DNA of 64,000 nucleotides from Chromatiales bacterium (GTDB lineage Bacteria; Pseudomonadota; Gammaproteobacteria; Chromatiales; Chromatiaceae): assembly GCA_050049775.1 (NCBI GenBank), contig JASFVP010000005.1:32896-96895 (forward strand), given 5' to 3'. The notes below the pieces were generated by a model, which saw nothing but the letters and a program-made list of their open reading frames with translations, had not been told where the DNA came from and ran no database searches. This document shows positions 58,601 to 64,000 of this stretch, piece after piece (the first letter of the stretch is position 1; every line of letters begins with the position of its first letter). The translations under genes were made by a program, and so were the position numbers.

Positions 58601-59884
58601 AGGGTCAGCGGTGTCGAGGTCATTCCTTACTCGGAGCTCAAGCGCCCGCGCGTCGATGTCGTGCTGTCGGCCACCGGCCTGTACCGCGATGCCTTTCCCG
58701 GTGTCATGAAACTGCTGGCCGACGGCGTTGACCGCATTGCCCGGCTCAAGGAGGAAAGCAACTTTGTCTATCGCAACAGTCAACGGCTGCAACAGCAACT
58801 GGCCGAGGCCGGCGTGAGTCCTGAAGACGCGGACTACCTGTCGACCGTGCGCATTTTCTCAAGTGAGACCGGCAATTATGGTACCGGTCTTGAGGCCGGC
58901 GTCATGGCATCGGATACCTGGGAGAAGGACGACAAGCTCGCCAACCTGTATTTGAGTCGCATGGGCTATGCCTTCGGTGTCGATGAGGACCGCTGGAGCG
59001 AGCATCACGACAACCTCAACCTGTATGCAAAAAACCTGTCCGGTACCGATGTGGCGGCCTTTTCACGTTCATCCAACCTTTATGGCCTGCTGACGTCGGA
59101 CGACCCGTTCCAGAACCTCGGTGGCATTTCGCTGGCGGTGCGCAATATCGATGGCAAGAGTCCGGAGATGTTCATCAGCAATCTGCGCAATCCGCAACAG
59201 CAGAAAATGGAAACGCTCAATACTTTCATGTCGAAAGAATTGCGCACGCGACAGTTTCATCCACGCTGGATTGGTGAAATGCAGGCCGAGGGCTATTCCG
59301 GCACGCTCGAAATCCTGGATTCGGTCAACAACTTCTGGGGCTGGCAGGTGGTCGATCCGCAAAACATCCGCGCCGACCAGTGGCAGGAATTCTTTGAAGT
59401 GTATGTGAATGACAAGTACGACATGGCCATGCGTGAGTGGTTCGAGCAAAACAACCCCGAGGCACTGGCGCAGATTTCCGAACGTATGCTCGAAGCCATT
59501 CGCAAGGGTTACTGGCAGGCCGATGCCGCAATAGTCGAGAAGCTGGTGGAAACCTACCAGGAAATCGCTGTGCGGCATGATGTGCAAAGCATTAACCAGA
59601 AGTTCAACGACTATGTGGCCGATCAGGCACAAGGCTTTGGCCTGCAGCAGGTGGCGGTGACACCGATGGAATTACCACCGGTGAATATTCCACAGCCACC
59701 CAGTCAGCCACAGCAGCAGGTGCAGGGACAAAAGCTGGAAAAAGTCGAAGCCGAAGCACAGCCAATCGACAACGACACCTTAACCCTGTTGCTGTTGTTG
59801 ATCGCATTGACGATTCTCAGTGGCGCCATCTGGCAGCAGTGGCGCGATGAAGTCATGGCGCGTGTAAGACCGGTTTTCGGATAA
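55661..59884 (+). CDS. CobN/Mg-chelatase large-subunit-family protein (cobaltochelatase CobN-like), periplasmic/secreted
   Basis: 1407 aa; N-terminal signal peptide; CobN/ChlH hallmark HLGTHGSHEWMPGKE and a long conserved core; C-terminal hydrophobic anchor. Overlaps the DUF2149 stop by 4 nt. Confidence 0.8.
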   Translation: MNKRMLQLLTMLAAAVLAGASLAAGQNYYYATPGWGAPAFSPAYQPMYPPTPPGYQSFNRSEVPSAVVAPTGNAGKPVPTQTIAEPLPEIGQGAGKIMMLTMGHGNPARTHLLTTLAAEQGLQLQHVDMKSHDKQTTLADIVDGYQLLLLDSVSAKQTEKNFADLVPQIWQLQLPVKIMALRWPEGEAMRKHIDLAQAQEIQRYYVNGGRENFNRMLSYMRAELMQDRSVTEVAPPIIYPAQGVYHPDYPDSIANTPDEYLQWYSAQKLGGEQHPVVGIVIHRDNLVSENTAVTDDMIHRVEANGAIPLAFYYHSGRDAGKLADWLVSDGKPVIQTLINTRVIHWAEEQRKLFEQLGVTVINAINYSGPEEKWRNDNGGVPAMSIPFYLTLPEIAGVADPKVVAARNEADGRFYSIDEQIDLVVRKAVRLANLASKPNRDKKVAILYYNYPPGERNAGASFLNVPRSVEHITQRMKQAGYHNEVLAEQTMIDAVATLQRPYYREEAPATVVDKGLAGTLPLSEYRQWYSGLPETVRRDIEQEWGQPEDHYLVADINGEQQFVIPLMRSGNLLVLPQPPRGDKNQYEKKIYHSKSLPINHYYLAAYLYLRKHFKADALVHLGTHGSHEWMPGKERGPWAYDPSSLTADDVPVVYPYIVDDVGEAMQAKRRGHAVMISHMTPPFAPSGLYREISEIHELTHNYLSVDPGLVRERTRKQLIEKVASMNIPADIGWQVVDVEARFDDFLRELHDYLHELMLENQPLGMHTWGKPAEDRLLTSTVMQILGTDYADAMITYVNQQSGRSAEDGEEQEHGQPGLEDLVEDYVKLEALPGYRLLYASIIENKPAPDDASDNLRQLLVRGKDLLQLMRGTLEMDSFLAALDGRYIEPSTGGDPIRNDESLPSGRNLYGFDPSRLPTKAAWETGKQLTADLINDYSAKHGRYPEKMAFSLWSIEAMRHHGVLESQALYAMGLRPVWEESGRVSGVEVIPYSELKRPRVDVVLSATGLYRDAFPGVMKLLADGVDRIARLKEESNFVYRNSQRLQQQLAEAGVSPEDADYLSTVRIFSSETGNYGTGLEAGVMASDTWEKDDKLANLYLSRMGYAFGVDEDRWSEHHDNLNLYAKNLSGTDVAAFSRSSNLYGLLTSDDPFQNLGGISLAVRNIDGKSPEMFISNLRNPQQQKMETLNTFMSKELRTRQFHPRWIGEMQAEGYSGTLEILDSVNNFWGWQVVDPQNIRADQWQEFFEVYVNDKYDMAMREWFEQNNPEALAQISERMLEAIRKGYWQADAAIVEKLVETYQEIAVRHDVQSINQKFNDYVADQAQGFGLQQVAVTPMELPPVNIPQPPSQPQQQVQGQKLEKVEAEAQPIDNDTLTLLLLLIALTILSGAIWQQWRDEVMARVRPVFG

Positions 59885-60161
59885 GTCATCATGCACCCGG
59901 CAAGATGCTGAAACACAGGCTTTGCCTCCATCAGCCTGGAGTGCCACTGCTGGTTGAAATGCAGGTCTGGTATGTCAAGGGAAGTTAAGTAGTCTCATCG
60001 GGTATTTGCCTTTCCCATGACATATCGCAATGCATGTTCCGATACCGGGGAGCAGTATGCAAAAAACAATGATGTGATTCATCGGGTGTGATGCAGTCCC
60101 TTGCCGGATGCATTGAATCCGGGGCATGGTAAGTAGTAAGCAGTAACGAAGCAGGATTAAC

Positions 60162-60476
60162 ATGCAGGAAAAACCGATTTGTTCGTATGGTGAGAAGTGT
60201 CTCCTGTCACAAATAGAGGCGGATCATGACTGTCAAGTCTGCCAGCTGTGCCGACAGGGGAAACCGGACGAGTATGCTGTGCACGCTGTGTATGAAGACG
60301 GTGTCAGCCATTTTTACCGCCTTGCCGATTTATCCAGGCCGGCGCCGGGCACTGTACTCAAGCATGTTGGCGTCTATCGGCTGGCGGGACAGCCGTATTA
60401 TGCCGTTGAAGTGGACGCCTTCCAGCCGGCCGGTCTCAGGATAACACCGCACTTGCCGGATCAAATGATTCATTAG
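60162..60476 (+). CDS. Hypothetical small Cys-rich protein
   Basis: 104 aa; CSYGEKC...CQVCQLC motifs; no family recognised. Confidence 0.3.
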   Translation: MQEKPICSYGEKCLLSQIEADHDCQVCQLCRQGKPDEYAVHAVYEDGVSHFYRLADLSRPAPGTVLKHVGVYRLAGQPYYAVEVDAFQPAGLRITPHLPDQMIH

Positions 60477-60539
60477 CGCCGCATCGCGCAACTGTTACTA
60501 TTGGTGCATGGAAGCACGGCATAACGGATTCACGGCAGC

Positions 60540-61943
60540 ATGAGCGTCAGTATTCTCTGGCTGCGTAATGATTTGCGGCTGCACGACAATCCGGCGTTGC
60601 AACATGCGCGTCAGGCCGAGCGGTTGCTGCCGGTATTCATTCACGATCCGACCCTGCATGGCGACTGGTCGCCAGGCGCTGCCTCCAACTGGTGGCTGCA
60701 TCACAGCCTCAAGGCGCTGGATGCCGCATTGCGCCAACGTGGTTCGGCGTTAATCGTGCGCACTGGTTCGACCAAACAGGTACTGCAAAAACTGATCCGG
60801 CAGAGCAACGCCGAACGTGTCTGCTGGAACCGCCGTTACGAGCTGCAGCTGATCCAGGCCGACCGTGACATCAAGTCGAGCTTGCAAGCCGACGGCATTG
60901 AAGTACGCAGTTTCAACGCCGGTCTGCTGTTCGAACCCTGGGATATCAGCAAACAGGCCAGCACTGAGCCGGCTGCCTACAAGGTATTCACCGCCTACTG
61001 GAAAGCCTGTTTGCGTGAAGGCCTGCCGACAACTCAAAGCCCGACACCACGGCGTCTGCCTCCATTACCTAAAGGCATTGCGACCGGCCATATCGATGAG
61101 CTGGGCCTGTTGCCGGACATGCACTGGTACGCCGAGCTGGCGTCCAGCTGGCAGCCCGGAGAAGCTGGCGCACTGGGCAAACTCAAACAGTTTGTCGCCA
61201 AGGATCTGTCCGATTACGAAGCCAATCGCGACCTGCCGGCGCGCAGCACCTCAACACTGTCACCACACCTGCATTTCGGTGAAATCAGCCCGCGCCGCAT
61301 TGCTGAAGTTCTTTCCCAACAGGATGACACCGCTGCGGCTGATACTTATCTGCGCCAACTAGTCTGGCGCGAGTTTGCACATCATTTGCTCTATCACTTT
61401 CCGCATACCGACAAACAACCGCTCAACCCGCGCTTTGCTGCTTTCCCGTGGCGAGACGATTACGCGCGGGACCTGCAGGCCTGGCAACGCGGCCAGACGG
61501 GCATACCGCTGGTGGATGCCGGCATGCGCCAGTTGTGGCAGACCGGCTGGATGCACAACCGGGTGCGTATGGTGGTGGCGTCGTTCCTGACAAAGAACCT
61601 GTTGATCCCCTGGCAGGAGGGTGCGGCCTGGTTCTGGGATACATTAGTCGATGCCGATCTGGCCAACAACACCATGGGCTGGCAGTGGGTCGCCGGTAGC
61701 GGCGCCGATGCCGCGCCGTACTTTCGTATCTTCAATCCGGTGTTGCAGGGTGAAAAATTCGACCCCGAAGGTGAGTATGTGAAACGCTGGCTGCCGGAAT
61801 TGAAGGCCTTGCCGAAACGCTATATCCACCAGCCGTGGACGGCGCCGTCTGATCTGAAAACGGCTATTGCTGACTATCCCGCAACCATCGTGGACCTGAA
61901 ACAAACACGCGAACGTGCACTGGTGGCTTATCGACAGCTCTAG
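60540..61943 (+). CDS. phrB: Deoxyribodipyrimidine photolyase
   Basis: 467 aa. N-terminal photolyase alpha/beta domain (ILWLRNDLRLHDNPAL) and FAD-binding domain with the WxxLxWREF motif. Confidence 0.85.
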   Translation: MSVSILWLRNDLRLHDNPALQHARQAERLLPVFIHDPTLHGDWSPGAASNWWLHHSLKALDAALRQRGSALIVRTGSTKQVLQKLIRQSNAERVCWNRRYELQLIQADRDIKSSLQADGIEVRSFNAGLLFEPWDISKQASTEPAAYKVFTAYWKACLREGLPTTQSPTPRRLPPLPKGIATGHIDELGLLPDMHWYAELASSWQPGEAGALGKLKQFVAKDLSDYEANRDLPARSTSTLSPHLHFGEISPRRIAEVLSQQDDTAAADTYLRQLVWREFAHHLLYHFPHTDKQPLNPRFAAFPWRDDYARDLQAWQRGQTGIPLVDAGMRQLWQTGWMHNRVRMVVASFLTKNLLIPWQEGAAWFWDTLVDADLANNTMGWQWVAGSGADAAPYFRIFNPVLQGEKFDPEGEYVKRWLPELKALPKRYIHQPWTAPSDLKTAIADYPATIVDLKQTRERALVAYRQL

Positions 61944-62575
61944 CCGGCCAGTGCCGGGAACAGTTCGCGCAGGCCGTTGGCCATGATTTCCACGGCAATC
62001 GCTGTCAGGATCAGGCCGAACAATCGATTGAGGATGTTCAGCCCGATTGGTCCGAGAAAACGGCCGATGGGCGTGGCCAGGCGCAGCACGGCCCACAGCA
62101 ATAACACCAGCAGCAGGATCACGCCGATCACCCAGACCACATGGTATTCGGCGCCGGGCCGATGCATCTCGATGATCACCGTACTGATCGCACCCGGACC
62201 GGCCAGTAGCGGAATGGCGATCGGCACCACGGCGATGTTCTCGCGGCTGCCGGCGGCGACTTTTTCGGCCGGGGTGGTGCGCATGGCATCGGTCTGCGCG
62301 CGCAGCATGGTCAACGCCATCAACAGCAATACGATGCCGCCACCAACACGAAACGACGGTAGACTGGCACCCAGTACCGTCAGCATGGTTTCTCCAAACA
62401 ACGCGCTCAGCGCCAGCACCATAATAACGGTGATGGCTGCCAGGCTTGCCGCCTTGCCACGCTCGGCAGCCGTGTAACCCTGCGTCAGACTGAGAAAAAT
62501 AGGAATCGCGGCAAACGGGTCGAGGATGACCAGCAGCGCTGTGAAAAAGCGGGTGTACTCAGACCAATATTCCAT
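61940..62575 (-). CDS. MarC/UPF0056-family inner membrane protein
   Basis: Start at MEYWSEYTRFF (211 aa), six TM helices, MarC-like conserved DP motif (LVILDPFAAIPIFL). Convergent with, and overlapping, the photolyase stop. Confidence 0.7.
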   Translation of the reverse strand: MEYWSEYTRFFTALLVILDPFAAIPIFLSLTQGYTAAERGKAASLAAITVIMVLALSALFGETMLTVLGASLPSFRVGGGIVLLLMALTMLRAQTDAMRTTPAEKVAAGSRENIAVVPIAIPLLAGPGAISTVIIEMHRPGAEYHVVWVIGVILLLVLLLWAVLRLATPIGRFLGPIGLNILNRLFGLILTAIAVEIMANGLRELFPALAG

Positions 62576-62907
62576 AATGCCGTCAGGCTCATCAGGGTGA
62601 AAGGTATGACTGCAATCATACCCGATTGCCAGCCTATCTGTTCGGCTACCTGATACGGTATGTGTTGGTGACAACGTACTGCGTTACAGCGGCAAGTTGG
62701 ACAGTCATGGCACAGTTGTTGCTCTTGCATGTATGGATAAAGCTCAACAATGCAGGCATGACCTCAAATGACGCAGATGATGTCCAGAATGATCACTCAC
62801 GTACTGTATTGGTGCAGCCGTCCCACGCCGGTCAAGAGTTTACCGCGACAGTCGATAAAACCGGGTAACGCTTTTAACAACAATTATTTCAACCCCAACA
62901 AGCCTGC

Positions 62908-64000
62908 ATGAATGACGCCCTGAGTCTGGATGTTTTGTGGATACTGATCTGCGCCGTGCTGGTGCTGCTCATGCAGGCCGGTTTCCTGTGTCTGGAATCC
63001 GGCGCCACACGTAGCAAGAATGCCATCAATGTGGCGATGAAAAATGCAGCAGACCTGGTGGTGGCTGTGTTTGTCTTCTGGTTACTCGGTTTTGCGTTGA
63101 TGTTTGGCCACAGTTACGATGGCCTGGTTGGCGTGTCACATTTTCTGTTGCCGATCGGCCAGGGCGAACACTGGTTGGCGGCATTTTTCCTGTTTCAGGC
63201 GATGTTTTGCGCGACAGCTGCAACCATTGTTTCCGGCGCTGTCGCCGAGCGGGTGGCGTTCAATGCCTACATCATTATTACAATTTTGATCGTCAGCCTG
63301 ATTTATCCGGTGGCCGGTCACTGGTCGTGGGGCGGGGCGTTTACCAACGAAGCGGGCTGGCTGGCACAGCGCGGCTTTGTCGACTTTGCCGGCTCCACCG
63401 TCGTGCACAGCGTCGGTGGCTGGGTGGCGCTGGCGGCGCTATTTGTCATCGGTCCGCGCAAGGGACGTTTTGTCAGCGGCGAAGCGCAATCAATTCCGGC
63501 CAGCAACCTGCCCTTGGCGATGCTGGGGGTGATTCTGTTCCAGGTCGGCTGGATCGGCTTTAACGGCGGCAGCACGCTGGCGCTGGATAACAGTGTGCCG
63601 GGCATTATCACGAATACCTTGCTTGCGGCCGTTGCCGGCGGCATGACCACCTATGTCATTTGTCGACGCTTTCCGCGATTTTGTGTCGATGCCACCATGC
63701 TGCCGATGAACGGCATGCTTGCCGGCATGGTGTCGATCACGGCCAATTGCCATGCAGTGACATCGGCTGAAGCGGTCTTGATTGGTGCGGTGGGCGGCGT
63801 AGTTATGGTGCTGGCGGACCGTTATCTGCTGAGCAGGCAGATCGACGATGCCATTGGTGCGGTGCCGGTGCATCTGGCGGCCGGTATTTGGGGCACACTG
63901 GCGGTTGGCTTGTTCGGTGATCCGGTCGTGCTGGATACCGGCCTCAATTGGCAGGACCAGATCATGGTGCAGATCACTGGCATTGTGGTGTATGGCCTGT
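62908..64000 (+). CDS. amt: Ammonium transporter Amt (3' end cut by the window edge; absent from the ORF track because no stop is reached)
   Basis: Open frame from the ATG at 62908 to the window end, about 364 codons. MNDALSLDVLWILICAVLVLLMQAGFLCLESGATRSKNAINVAMKN plus GWLAQRGFVDFAGSTVVHSVGGW are Amt/MEP signatures. Confidence 0.8.
   Translation, partial: MNDALSLDVLWILICAVLVLLMQAGFLCLESGATRSKNAINVAMKNAADLVVAVFVFWLLGFALMFGHSYDGLVGVSHFLLPIGQGEHWLAAFFLFQAMFCATAATIVSGAVAERVAFNAYIIITILIVSLIYPVAGHWSWGGAFTNEAGWLAQRGFVDFAGSTVVHSVGGWVALAALFVIGPRKGRFVSGEAQSIPASNLPLAMLGVILFQVGWIGFNGGSTLALDNSVPGIITNTLLAAVAGGMTTYVICRRFPRFCVDATMLPMNGMLAGMVSITANCHAVTSAEAVLIGAVGGVVMVLADRYLLSRQIDDAIGAVPVHLAAGIWGTLAVGLFGDPVVLDTGLNWQDQIMVQITGIVVYGL

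Overview
High-GC (about 60%) proteobacterial chromosome segment, built mainly from nitrogen-metabolism modules with several low-GC accessory islands between them. In order: (1) the tail of a nir cluster (nirJ, a cytochrome cd1/NirN-like gene) and a nitric-oxide reductase operon norCB-norE-norF-norQ-[membrane protein]-[polyferredoxin]-norD; (2) an AT-rich island with a PEP-CTERM protein and an ATP-grasp enzyme; (3) hrpB; (4) a second AT-rich island of small secreted/membrane hypotheticals; (5) a GGDEF cyclase and a type II R-M pair (gamma-class N6-adenine MTase plus a small XhoI/PaeR7I-like endonuclease); (6) a LuxR-type response regulator and a hybrid histidine kinase whose sensor is an NCS1 permease-like domain, divergent from urtABCDE and ureD-ABC-EFG; (7) gltS translationally coupled to a TAXI-like lipoprotein; (8) a co-oriented module SPFH/band-7 - unknown 316-aa protein - RtcB RNA ligase, directly downstream of a tRNA hotspot holding a clean tRNA-Lys(UUU) plus at least three atypical tRNA-like elements, one about 240 nt long; (9) a TonB-ExbB-ExbD2 operon with an orphan ABC ATPase, divergent from a TonB-dependent receptor - MotA/ExbB-like - DUF2149 - CobN-like chelatase cluster (candidate Ni/Co uptake for urease); (10) photolyase, a MarC-family protein and a 3'-truncated Amt ammonium transporter at the window edge. 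A GC-rich hairpin repeat family of about 100-150 bp occurs four times. Coordinates for features not taken from the ORF track were counted by hand from the printed lines and may be off by a few bases.
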